Source of the DNA: Emiliania huxleyi CCMP1516
Lineage: Eukaryota
NCBI RefSeq assembly: GCF_000372725.1
Contig: NW_005201360.1
Span: 146,881 to 210,880, forward strand
Length of the DNA: 64,000 bases
Reading direction: 5' to 3'
Program-made: the position numbers and the translations under genes
Shown: positions 28,827-39,825 of the stretch, piece by piece
Numbering within the stretch: the first letter of the stretch is position 1
How the letters are laid out: each line of letters starts with the position of its first letter
Notes under the pieces: generated by a model
Seen by the model: only the letters and a program-made list of their open reading frames with translations
Databases searched by the model: none
What the model was told of the DNA's origin: nothing

Positions 28827-29337
28827 CATTTGAGCAGAGAGAAGGTGAGGAATTGCAGTGTATTGGGGCTTGCAGATTTTCTCTTACTCGGGACTGACTG
28901 TTTGCTGAGACAAGGCTTCGACAAGAGTGTGGGGGGGCTCGCATATATTCCATATGTAACCATTATACAGGTAGGTGTGTTGATCTGTGTTGTGATGCTC
29001 AGCCTCGCCGCGCTGGGCCGCAGCACTTTTGGCTGCTGGTGTCGGCGGTCGGCACGTCGGTCGTCGCCTTCACCCCGCACTCTGATCTCTGAAGCCGGCG
29101 GCCGCCGCCTCCCCCACGGGCACGGCGCACGGGCACGGCCACGCACGGAAAAGACTCTCGCAGTCGGGTGCCAATCGCATCTGCCCTCGCTTCCGAGCCC
29201 AAATCTCCACCTCACAGTCCACAGTCGTACGTGGTATGTTAGCGGCGGACAGCGAGCGCTAGCCCACCACCGTGCACACCTCCCGAGGTGGCTCACACCG
29301 GTTTCTCTTTTGCTGGCTCGCGTCTTCGCAGCAGCAA

Positions 29338-30522
29338 ATGGTGAGGCTGCCTGCGCCGCACGCGTGAGGGCGGGTCGCAGCCGTCGATCGCTGCGGATCC
29401 TCCACCGCCCCCCTCAGCCCCACCCTCCCTTCCGCTTCCTCCGCGCGCCGCGCCACAACCCGCGCCCCGCCAGCGAGGGCCGTCCCTGACGGCGGGACCC
29501 ACCTGGGCGCGCAGGTCGTCAAGACCGACGTCTGCGCGTACAGCGGCCTGCGGATCTACCCGGGCCACGGCATCTTCTACGTGCGTGCGGATCAAAAGAG
29601 CTTCAAGTTCATCAACCGCAAGAGCAAGTCGCAGTTTCTGCAGCGCCTGAACCCGCGCAAGATCGCGTGGACGCAGCTGTACCGCCGGATGCACAAGAAG
29701 GGCACGATGGAGGAGTCGACGCGCAAGAAGGCGCGCGCGCGCCCCGCTCGCTTCTCGCCGCGCTAGGCGAGGGCGGACGCGGCCTCGGCGAGCCGGGCGG
29801 CGGCGCTGCTGCAGAGGAGGGTGGGAAGGAGGGGTGGCGCGAACGCGCGGGTGGCAGCGCTCAGACGGCGGCTCGGGTCGTCCCAGGCCGGGCTGGAGGC
29901 CGCACCTGCTGGAGCGCCGTGGCGGCTGCGCGCTTCGCGCCGCGCCCTCTGCGCGCGCGCGGGGTCCCCTTTGCGGTAGCGGACCCGCGGGAGGGTCCGT
30001 CCGCAGCCCTGGGCTGACCCGCGCTCTGGCACCTGTGTCCGCAGACGCGCAAGGTGAGCAAGACGACGAACAAGGCGGTGGTCGGCATGACTCTGGACGT
30101 CATCAAGGCGAAGCGGAGCCAAAAGCCGGAGGTGCGCGCGGCCGCGCGTGAGGCTGCGCTGCGCGAGATCAAGGAGCGCAACAAGGCCAAGCAGGCCGCG
30201 AAGAAGGCGGAGCAAAAGTGCGGCCCCGCTAGATGCACACGCACGGGCGGTCGTCGCCGCCAGCGGGGATGGGGGAATGGGCGTGAGGCGAGGCGGGGGG
30301 TTGGGGGGGGGGGTTGGCGGCGGGGGTTCGCGAGCGCGGGCAGGGCGCATACAGGGACACGCGAGAGGCGCAGCTGTGAGGCAGCCCATGCCCTGTTGGC
30401 GGCCCTCTGAGCCGGTGCGCCGCCGCGTCCGCCGCAGGACCAAGGCCCCGCCGCAGAAGCAGCAGATGCCCAAGAGCAAGGCCTCCAAGGCGTCCGGCAA
30501 GCCCAAGGGCGTGCGCCGATAG
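29338..30522 (+). CDS. RPL24: 60S ribosomal protein L24 (eL24), 4 exons, coding part of exon 1 is only the ATG
   Basis: M|VVKTDVCAYSGLRIYPGHGIFYVRAD..LNPRKIAWTQLYRRMHKKG..KAVVGMTLDVIKAKRSQKPEVRAAAREAALREIKER. Confidence 0.97.
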
Positions 30523-30831
30523 ACGTATGCAGTTGAGAGGGGGCTGTCTGGGCAAGTGTCAGCGTGGTGCGCTCCGTGTGCGAAAGGGGGGGGGCGAGCG
30601 ACTGGCCGCGACGGAACGAGGGGCGAGGGCGCGGGGTCGGTGTCGCAGCGCGCGCATCCGGCGAACGCTCTCGCGCCCGCCACGGCGCTGGCTTGCATGA
30701 AAGCTGGCGCCCCGGGCGAGCCTCTCACGTGTCCTGGGTCAGTGGTTGTGCGCCGTCCCTTGCGGCACACGGAGTGCTGTTTGTCCTTGTTCTTATATCG
30801 CTACGTATAAAGCACTAAGCCTGTGGTGGTG

Positions 30832-31518
30832 TGGAAACGTCAAACGAAAAATGGCGTAGTGTGTGTAGCACCGCTGCCAGAATATGACTCTATGACTGCC
30901 GCGGGGCGTCACACTGACAGCGAGAAGGAACTCACCAGTCCGATAAGGATCAACTGGAAAGTTGAACCCTGGGCTTAGACAGAACGGGCGTGGCAGGCTC
31001 CAGGGGAGACCACGCTCTACCCGGGGCGCTAAGGAGGGAAATCGAAACTGTCGGGCGTCCAGCAACAAACAACTCGCGAGGACACACCGCCAATCCCGCC
31101 CCCCTCCCCGAGGACCGAACCTAGGCACGTAGCGCACGGGTCATCTCGGAGAGAGAAAGGGGAGGGAAGAGGGGGGGGATAAGGGAGCCGAGATACGCGG
31201 GAGTACCCTGGGAGTGAGAGCTCTCATTCATGGTCGTAGAGACCAGGGGCGAAGCCACCATGGGGAACGGACACCAAGGCACTAACTTCATCACTCATTC
31301 ACCCCGCGCGATCAAGCAAACCCTGGTCGATGGGTCTTAGGATCGGCGGCCAGCTTCCCACCTAGGGCAGGAAATTCCGGCGACGCAAGTGTGGCCTACG
31401 GTAGCCACAGCTAGTACGCGATACAGGGGCTGGGGGGAGTGGGGCGCCCGCGCCAAGGGGGAGAGAATGGAGGGGGGAGAATATGCGTGCTCGTTTTTCT
31501 TCTAAAGCAATTTTTTTT
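30832..31518. mobile_element. Non-coding 687-bp insertion between 16-bp direct repeats
   Basis: TAAGCCTGTGGTGGTG at 30816-30831 and 31519-31534; oligo-T immediately before the right copy. Confidence 0.6.
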
Positions 31519-31683
31519 TAAGCCTGTGGTGGTGCGAGTGCCGAGAGTCAAATCCGAAATCGAATCGCCAATTCGCAATTGGAATCGTGGGGGGGAGCGT
31601 CAGGAGAAGGGCGGTCCCTGCCGGAGACCCGCGCTTGCGGCTTGGTGACGGATGTGCGATTTCCTGGTTAACATGTCCTCTTT

Positions 31684-32649
31684 TCAAGGGTGCTGGGTGG
31701 AGGCGGAGAGGGTGAGGTCTTGGAGGGCCTGTTGCTCAGCAGCAGCTGCAGCCGCGGACATGCCCGCAACTGCGGCAGCCGCCTCCACCTCCATCTCCGA
31801 CACCTCCCTCCCCGCCTGCCGGACTGCCTCGGCACCAGCGGCAGTGGAAAGCGCGGGTGGCGGCGGCGGCGGTGGCGGCGGCGCGGTGAGATCGCTGGTG
31901 TCCCTGCCCGCCTCCCTGCGGGCGTAGAAGAGCGCCGCCTGCTCGGCGGTGGCGAAGCGGCCGAGGGAGTTCTGCCGGCCGCCAAACCTCACCGTCAGCT
32001 CGTACTTCTTGCTGCCTTGCTTGAAGGTCACTCCCCTGTAGCCGCTGTTGCTGTTGCTGCTGGTGACCAGTGTCAGCCCCTCCCTCTCTGCTTGCCGGAC
32101 CGCCTCAGCGCCGGCAGCAGAGGAAGGCTCAGGTGGCGGCGGCGGTGGCGGCGGCGCAGTGAGATCGCTGGTGTCCCTGCCCGCCTCCCTGCGGGCGTAG
32201 AAGAGCGCCGCCTGCTCGGCGGTGGCGAAGTAGCCGAGGTGCACATCTTTGCGCCCAACCTTCACCGTCAGCTTGTACTTCTTGCTGCCTCGCTCCTTCG
32301 GCTTGAAGGTCACTCCCCTGTAGCCGCTGTTGCTGCTGCTGCTGGCAACCAGCTTCAGGCCCTCCCTCGCCGCCTGCAGTATCGCCGCGGCGCCAGCGGC
32401 AGTGGTAGTAGCGCGGGGCTGTAGCAGCTTTGCGGCGTCGGCGCGGCCGTACTCCGAGCGAGCGTAGGCGGTGGCCGCCTCTTCGGCGGTGGCGAAGGAG
32501 CCGAGGTGGACACACTTGCCGCCATCCTGCACCTGCGCCTTGAACTTCTTACTGCCGCGGTCGTAGGCCACGTTCTTGTAGCCAGTCGTGTTCCTCTTGT
32601 TAATGGCTGGGATCAACAAGAGGCGCTCGGAAGCCGGCACCGGCGCCAT
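31684..32649 (-). CDS. Intronless protein with three tandem AP2 domains
   Basis: TGYKNV..KFKAQV..HLGSFATAEEAATAYAR; SGYRGV..HLGYFATAEQAALFYAR; SGYRGV..SLGRFATAEQAALFYAR. Alternative ATG at 32679. Confidence 0.9.
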   Translation of the reverse strand: MAPVPASERLLLIPAINKRNTTGYKNVAYDRGSKKFKAQVQDGGKCVHLGSFATAEEAATAYARSEYGRADAAKLLQPRATTTAAGAAAILQAAREGLKLVASSSSNSGYRGVTFKPKERGSKKYKLTVKVGRKDVHLGYFATAEQAALFYARREAGRDTSDLTAPPPPPPPPEPSSAAGAEAVRQAEREGLTLVTSSNSNSGYRGVTFKQGSKKYELTVRFGGRQNSLGRFATAEQAALFYARREAGRDTSDLTAPPPPPPPPPALSTAAGAEAVRQAGREVSEMEVEAAAAVAGMSAAAAAAEQQALQDLTLSASTQHP

Positions 32650-33064
32650 GGCCACAAGAAAAAAATTGTCGTGTGTCATTTCTTTTTTAGTGCGAGTCCG
32701 ACGACGGCTTCTAAGGAAGCCGTCGTCTGCGCCTTGCTTGTCGTGTGAATCGCGCGTGATGTAAAATTCTTTTGAGAGCGCCTAAAATGTTATTAATACA
32801 AACCAGAAAGAAAGAAACGGGCGGCGCCACACGGATGGAGGGAGTCGGGTTTGCCATTGGCGGGCCGTGAGGGCGCTGAGAACTCAAGGCTGAGTTTTCG
32901 CTCCACTTTCGATGTGGCGGAGTATAGGTTTGTTGTTGGCAACGTAGTACGGTTGACTCCTCGTAATTACATAGACCTTAGGTATGTTAGGATCATTTAG
33001 TAATTTACCGCGATGGTTACGAAACGCTGGAGGACCCGACGACCTTGTTCAAGGCATTGCAGAC

Positions 33065-33660
33065 ATGATGCGCCTTCTCGCCGTAGTGGCATTGGCGGCC
33101 GCCGCTCACTCAGCCCCGGTCGAGAAGACTGCCGCGATCGACGACGTCCAGGCTGGTCTGGCGGATGCCGTCTCTCGACTGCAAGATGGCCTCGGTCCTG
33201 TTTGCGGATCCGTTGAGGCTTGTGTGCACGGGCTTGCCAACGGCACTGTGGTACGCGAGCCCGCCACGCAATCACCCCACTGCCTTTGCCGATCCATCAG
33301 TCTAAATTCGCACAGGCGGCTGCCGACTTCTTCGAGGAGCACCTGGACGGTCCTGCCAGGTCGGCGCTGCGCGGGCTCGGCACCGTGGTTGCTGCGGCGC
33401 TCCACAAGGAAGAGGTCGATCTGGAGCGGATCGTGGATGCCGTCTATCCGGCGCTGCTCTCCGCGGAATTTCAGCTGACCACTCACGCACAGTAACCGCC
33501 TGCTGTACTTGTACTTCTCTAGGTGTTCGACTTCCTGGAGCAGCTCGTCCGGTCCGCTGCCCACCCGCCCACCTGGCTGAGCGAAGTGGTCGGAGGGGCA
33601 GTCGATTTGCCGGACGCCATCAACGAGGCCGTCGGAGCCTCTTCGAGCGAGGGCGAGTAA
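33065..33660 (+). CDS. Small predicted secreted helical protein, probably 3 exons
   Basis: Signal-like MMRLLAVVALAAAAHSA; GT-AG intron 33251-33300; the third exon VFDFLEQL needs an inferred GC donor. Confidence 0.55.
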
Positions 33661-33910
33661 CTACCCCTTGGAGGGACTCGGGTGACCGTGACCCCTCTCC
33701 CCACAGACAGACTGGCGAGACGGTCAAGAGAAGCCCCGGGCGGCGGGCGACGGGAGCGTTGCTGCCGCCACAGTGATATCGCTCATATGCCACACACGTG
33801 GGGTGGCTTGGTAGTTCTCAATATTCCCTGGCCGTGTGGTGGCTTCCAGCCGAGCGCGAGTACTCTTACACTTAACACAACAAAGAGAGTGTCGCGTGTC
33901 AGACTCAGTG

Positions 33911-35691
33911 TCACAGCACGTCCACAAGGCAGAGCGACGAGTCGGAAGCCGCCGAGACGGAGAGGTCCGTTCGGCTGCCGGGTCCGCTGCCGGGGGTTGT
34001 GCCGAGTCCCCACTCGCTGTCCCTACTCATCGCAATCGAGACGCCCGGCGACGGGTGGTAGAATGGGTAGCGGTGTGGGTCGTTGTGCCATCCGAGGTCG
34101 CGCCCGATGACGCGAAAGAGCCGCTCGTTGTGAGGGCGGTAGTAGGCGGCGAGCTCGAACTGCGTGAGCTCGTCTGGCGCGAGATCGTCGGGCAGCGGCG
34201 CCGAGGCATTCTTGCACGGCGCCCGGAGGCCGTCGGCGGCGGCGGTGCAGTCGGCGAGGCCGTCCCCCTCGCCGTGCAGCTCGGAGCACTTGGCGGCGAT
34301 CGCGGAGAGGACGGCGCCTTGAGATTATAAATCAAGATGATCGTTAATTAATCACGAGGAGTTCTTGAATGAAGATCGTGTAGGGGACAGCGCCGGGTGT
34401 GTGCACGATCTCGTCAAGCGAGACGAAGACGAAACACTCGCTCCCTGGGAGCATACCGGGGAGACGGGGAAGCGGGGGTGAGGGAGGGCGAGAGGGAGGG
34501 AGAGGGAGGGTTTGTGTGGGTCGGCGATGCGCTCCAAAGATTGCGCGCCACCGCTCGATGGAGTCGGCGAGCCGCCCCATTCGGTCAAAGGCCGACAGCT
34601 GCCCGTTGGGAAAAGGCAGCGCCCAGGCCGGCATGCGGCGCAGCGGAGGGCCCACGGCGAGCTCGTCCGCCCTCCGCCAGATCGCCCCAACCTACGCGAC
34701 GACGACCTCGGCCGATCTCGAACAATCTCGCCCGATCTCGAGCTCACCTCGGCCGATCTCGGTGGGTGGATCCCAAGGACGGTGGCCGGGAGAGGGTGAG
34801 ATCTCGCCCAATCTCGCGGGAGGCGCAGGGACATCTCTCTCGGGAGGAGCTCACGGCGCCTCGGCACTGCGCGAAAGCAGCACGGCCTCGCGGAAACTCT
34901 TCGGCGGGTAGCCGGCGGTGCGGTGCGGCGGGCCGAGCCAGCGGCGGCCGAGGCGCAGCTCCTCCGCCCACGCGAGAGATGCCTACGCGGCGGACACACC
35001 CGCACGCTCGACTCTCCCTCTCGCCCCGGTGCGTCCCGACCTGCAGCGGAGCCTGCTCGAGGCGCCACCACGAGCGGTGCTGCTCGACCGGCTCGCGCAG
35101 GCAGACGACCAGCACGGGCCGCGGCGTCACCGCCGCCACGAGCCGCGGCGCCCAAGGCGACGAGAGGTACGAGGCGCAGCCTTCAAAGACAAAGAGCCGC
35201 CGGCCACGCAGCCAACGGTGCAGCCACCGCCACACGCGCAGAGGAAACGCCAGCGGGTAGAGGGCGGGCGCGACGACGCCCCAGTAGTGGCCCGAGAAGT
35301 AGAAGGACTCCTTCTCGTCCGCGAGCGGGTGCACCCACGGCGTGAAGGGCCCACTCATGCCCAGCTCAGAGCGCAGCATCGAGGCGAGCGTTGTCGTCCC
35401 GCATCGGACCTCTCCCAGGATGTAAACATCCGGAGTTGTGCGGAACCTCGCTGTGAGCAGGCGCCACGCGATACGGAGCGGACGTGTCACTTGCAAGAGC
35501 GACGCGAGCGCCGACAATTCGTCTGGCGGCTCGCGGCTGAAGACTGTACGGCAGGCGTGCCGAGCAAAGAGCACGCCGACGCCGAGCCTTGCCAAGGCAA
35601 GGCTAGTCGCCACTGCAAATCCGGCCCGCACCGCAGCTGTCCCGGACGACGAGAGTCGTATGTCGAAGGAAGGTCGTCGCTGGAGCGACAT
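33911..35691 (-). CDS. P-loop sulfotransferase (heparan-sulfate sulfotransferase-like), multi-exon
   Basis: 5'-PSB PDVYILGEVRCGTTTL, KESFYF, FEGCASYL, 3'-PB LVVCLREPVEQHRSWW, C-terminal LAAYYRPHNERLFRVIGRDLGW. Confidence 0.85.
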
Positions 35692-36403
35692 CAAAATCGG
35701 CTACCCGGTACGGCGCGCGGGCTTCTCTCGAGGTCTCGAGAAAAGAATTCTAACCTTGGCACCACACTGGCGGTGAAAGACGAGGGCACCTTCGGCGAGT
35801 GGCTTGACGAGCTCCCGTTCGAGGTGGCTGCGGCGACCACCCGGCTGTGCTCAAGCAACATGCGCGCTCCGGCGCGTGGGTCGAGATCACGCCCGGCAGC
35901 CCTAGCCAGGCCCCGCGCGCTGGCCGCGACCGCGACCGCGGCTCTCGCTCGAGCCCGAACTGCCCGTCAGACATGTCGGAATTGTCGGAGAATAGCGACT
36001 AGCACACCTCTGTCAAGAGTCCCCAGAAACCTGAGGAGTCACACAGTCCACCTGTGTGTGATGCACGCCCTGCGAGCGGGGCGGGGTGCGCACTGTGTTC
36101 GTGCGTCGCCCATCTCTACTGGAGGTGACTGCTCTATTTATTTAGGACCGGCACGCCACGATAAAGAAAGGGAAAGCTGTGGCGGTCGCCGCCCCGCCGG
36201 TGCCGACGCGCTCGGGTTGACACATAGGTAGGGGCGGGCCCACACCGCCCCGCGACGGCTCCAGATAGGTAGGCCGATTTTTCGCGGCAAAGACCTACAG
36301 AGCGGTGGAGACTTCACTCTTTTCGACCACTCTTTGGTATTCATGCCCGACGCCACTGTAAGACGTCGTGATGGACGGACGACGTCGTCGTTGTGGAACG
36401 ACG

Positions 36404-36740
36404 ATGTGGACATCGGCAACGAAGCTCGCCGAACTGAAGCGGCTTCTTGATGAGGGTGCGCTGACGCGAGAGGAGTTCGAGCTGCTGAAGGCGCGGGAGA
36501 TTGGTGGTTCTGCGCCTCCTCCTTATGAGCAAGGGGTGGTGATGGGCAAAGTGATTACGCATCCAGCAACTGAGATGGTTGCGGTTCCGACCATCTCAGC
36601 TGCAGCATTACCTACTGCGACGGCAGCACTACTCACTGCGACGGCAACGCTACCTACTGCCACTGCTAATGGGCGCCCGACTTCGAATGCGTGGCCACTT
36701 GACGCACTGCCGACCACTCCCACGAAATTGCGTGCGTCGT

Positions 36741-36823
<83 letters not shown>

Positions 36824-38471
36824 GGCAGCGGGCGGCGGCGGAGGGACCCAGCAGCAGGCGGCGGCGGTACCCAGACGCAGCTGCTCTGGTCGCTCCTCAT
36901 CATCTCCTACCTGGTCGTGATGATGTCAGTGGTGTGTCTGATCCTCATCGAGCTGAGCCCGTATGAGCGGTGTTGCATTGAGATTTCTGGCTGGTGCAAG
37001 GCAGTGCTCCAACTCCTCTCGAGCGGCCACCTTCTCGGCGTCGCCGTGGCGCTGCTCAGCTTCGATGCGAAGGGTTACAGCGTCGGGTGCGCTGCTGCGG
37101 CCCGCAGCAATTTCAAGGTGCTCAAAGTGCTGCTGCTTGGAAGCCAGGTGGGCCTCCTCGTCGCGGGAGCATTGAATCTGTCCTCCCCCTCTATCTGTCC
37201 TCTCTCATGCGTACGAACCTCCAAATGGCGCAAGGGGTGCTGTGCTTTGTGTGGCGGCTTGGTTGACGTACTTCTTTACCCACCTGATGGGCCAAGATCC
37301 GACGTCGACTCACAGCGGCAGCATTGGTGCCCGGAGCGGTGCCGGCGCTGCTACCGACAGTACAGAGTGGGGCGCGGAAGACAAGACACGCGTGCCTTCT
37401 GGAGTGATGGAGAGGACGGATTTCGTACAGGACTTTGTGAGCGAATCGGTGGGCAAGAACTCCTACCGGCAGGAGTCCAAGGCTCCTGCGGCAGCCGCGA
37501 CGGAGCTCTGCTGGTGCGGCTACTGCTCAAAGTGCGCCGCCATTGGGCTCCTACTCTTGCTCGCCCATATGGGCGGGGTCGGGGTTGCGCTCTACTTTAC
37601 GCTGCGTCCGCCACCAGCACCGCCACCCCCGCCGTCGCCGCCTCTGCCGTCGCCGCCTTCACCACCGCGGCCGCCGCCGTCGCCGCCGCCGCCGCTCTCC
37701 GAGCAGCTAAGCTGCAGCTTCGAGGCGGGCCTTTGCGGCTGGCTTGACACCGCGCCGGATGGGTACCCTTGGACCCGCACGAGATTCGGCACGCCAACGT
37801 TAGACACAGGCCCGAGCGGCGACCACACCACCGGCTCGGGCTCCTACCTCTTCACCGAGGCCTCTGGAATCTACAACGCGCTGCACCAGCTCGAGAGCCC
37901 GCTCTTCTCGCTCCAGCAGGACGCAGCCCTCTCCTTCACCTTCTTCTACCACATGTACGCCGAAAAGGATTCATACTTCTCGAGCATGGGCACCCTCTCC
38001 GTTGAGGTTAACAACAACGAGACGGGCTGGTCGACGCTCTGGAGTGGGACTGGCCCCGTTGCCAGCGACTGGCGCAACGCGGCGGTCGTTCTGCCCGCCT
38101 CGGCGACGCGGGTGCGCATCAACGGCTTGACGGGGCCGTCCTTCGAATCAGACATGGCGCTGGACGACGTCTACTTCTCGCAGTTTGCGCCTCCGTCGCC
38201 GCGGCCGCCGCCGCCGTCGCCGCCACCGTCGCCGCCGTCGCTGCCACCGTCGCCGCCGCCGCCGCCCTCGCCGCCGTCGCCGCTGTCGCCGCCACCGCCG
38301 CCGCCGCCGTCACCGCCGTCGCCGCCGCCGCCGCCTCTTCTGCCCGACATGGTACAGCTGGGCTGCGATTTCGAGGTCGACACCTGTGTCTGGTTCGACA
38401 CCGCGCCGGACGGGTACTCTTGGACCCGCACGAGCGGCTTCACGCCATCAGGAGGCACAGGCCCTGGGTAG
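36404..38471 (+). CDS. SHOCT + poly-Ser + transmembrane segments + Pro-rich + MAM domain protein, truncated by a MITE in the second MAM domain
   Basis: SHOCT KLAELKRLLDEGALTREEFELLK; MAM CSFEAGLCGW..TGPSGDHTTGSGSYLFTEAS..LESP..FFYHMY..DMALDDV. A frame change near 37150-37240 needs an intron or frameshift; may be two genes. Confidence 0.65.
36741..36820. repeat. (CAG)~26 microsatellite, read as poly-Ser in the coding frame
   Basis: Direct reading. Confidence 0.95.
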
Positions 38472-39214
38472 TCGACGGGCCCCCGGGGACGACGGGGGTG
38501 CTCTCCGGCCGCGGCGGCCGAAAACGGGGTTCGGTAGTAAGGTGTAGTAATGAAGTGATGCACTTGATGCAAGGGTGCCATTGTGCTCTACTACAAAAGT
38601 TGTGTAAGATGCCCAAGTCTCAGACCCTGAATCCTTAGCGGAGCTGAGTTCTGACGGTGTGAACACGAGCAACCGGAGTGACGACCGGGACCGGGCCGCA
38701 CGCCGGGAGTGCCCCGACTAGCAGTGACGGGCGCGGACGAGCGAATGAGAGGTCGCTATCTGTGGGAGATGTGTTATTAGAGACTAGGACTGCCTATCTC
38801 TCACTAAAAGAAACCTCTCATCCGCTCGTCCGCACCCGTCACCGCTCACGGAGTGCTCCGCGTGCCACACCGGCCGCCGCCGGCCGCCGGCCGCTCACGG
38901 TAACGGAACAGTGTTACTACTCCGCAACGTTGAGCTGGATCATACTGAATAGTGCTCCTGAAAGCCCTCTCTTCTGCCACACAGTAGCAGCTCACGACTA
39001 GCAGCTGGTGTGGCTGTATTTGTAGCCATTTTTAGGCTTCAACTGGTCCCAAAATAGTAGCAACACCTCATGAAAATCAGTCAAAAAAGCCCCAAAAAAT
39101 CGGCGCCTGCGGCGGGCCTCCTTGGGCTGCGCCCCCAGCCCCAGACCCCCTTGACTGGGGGGGAGGGGCCCAAGAGCACCCCCGTCGCCCCCGGGGGCCC
39201 GTCGACTACCCAGG
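38463..39214. mobile_element. MITE / non-autonomous TIR transposon with 42-bp TIRs
   Basis: CCTGGGTAGTCGACGGGCCCCCGGGG(A/G)CGACGGGGGTGCTCT at both ends, one mismatch. Flanking duplication (G)GCACAGGC(C); removing it restores GGTGPSGDH. Confidence 0.92.
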
Positions 39215-39570
39215 GCACAGGCCCGAGCGGCGACCACACCACCGACACGGGCTACTACGTCTTCCACCGAGGCCTCGTATGGCCCCAACAAGTGGGAGCT
39301 CGAGAGCCCGCTCTTCTCGCTCCAGCAGGACGCCACCCTCTCCTTCGCCTAACACATGTACATGTTGTACGGCTCGGACATGGGCACCCTCTCCGTCGAC
39401 GCCTACGCGAGCGGCTGGTCGACGCTCTGGAGCAGGACTGGCAACCAGGGCGACGACTGGCGCAACGCGGCGGTCGGTCTGCCCGCCTCGGTGACGCGGG
39501 TGCGCATCAACGGCTTGACGGGGCCGTCCTTCGAATCGGACATGGCGCTGGACGACGTCTCCTCTCTTGG
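39215..39570 (+). pseudogene. Decayed remainder of MAM domain 2
   Basis: Paralogous to 37806-38170 but with an extra base near 39265, TAA at 39350 where Tyr is expected, and a small ACATGT duplication. Confidence 0.85.
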
Positions 39571-39825
39571 GCTTGAAAGCCGAGGTATCAGATATCGGCT
39601 TTTGCTGCGCGACGGGCATTCCGGTCGGATGCACGCCTGGGTTTGGGGCTGAGATCCTGAGACGATGAGATCCGACACGCTCCGAACTGCTCTCAACTCT
39701 ACGTTGGTGTGAGCCGGCTCGCCGCGGTGGCTGCAAAGCCACGACGATTTCTTTTTTGTTGCGAGCATGGGTACTGGAAGTGGATTGCCGCTCATATATT
39801 GCGTGGACAATTGAACAAGAACATT

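Noticed and set aside
31388..31415. Helitron 3' end (hairpin + CTAG)
   Set aside because: The hairpin abuts CTAG rather than lying about 10 nt upstream, it is internal to an insertion with long direct repeats, and Helitrons make no TSD.
36739..36966. Poly-Gln protein
   Set aside because: The coding frame with SHOCT and TM segments reads the CAG tract as poly-Ser; the Q frame is a shadow ORF.
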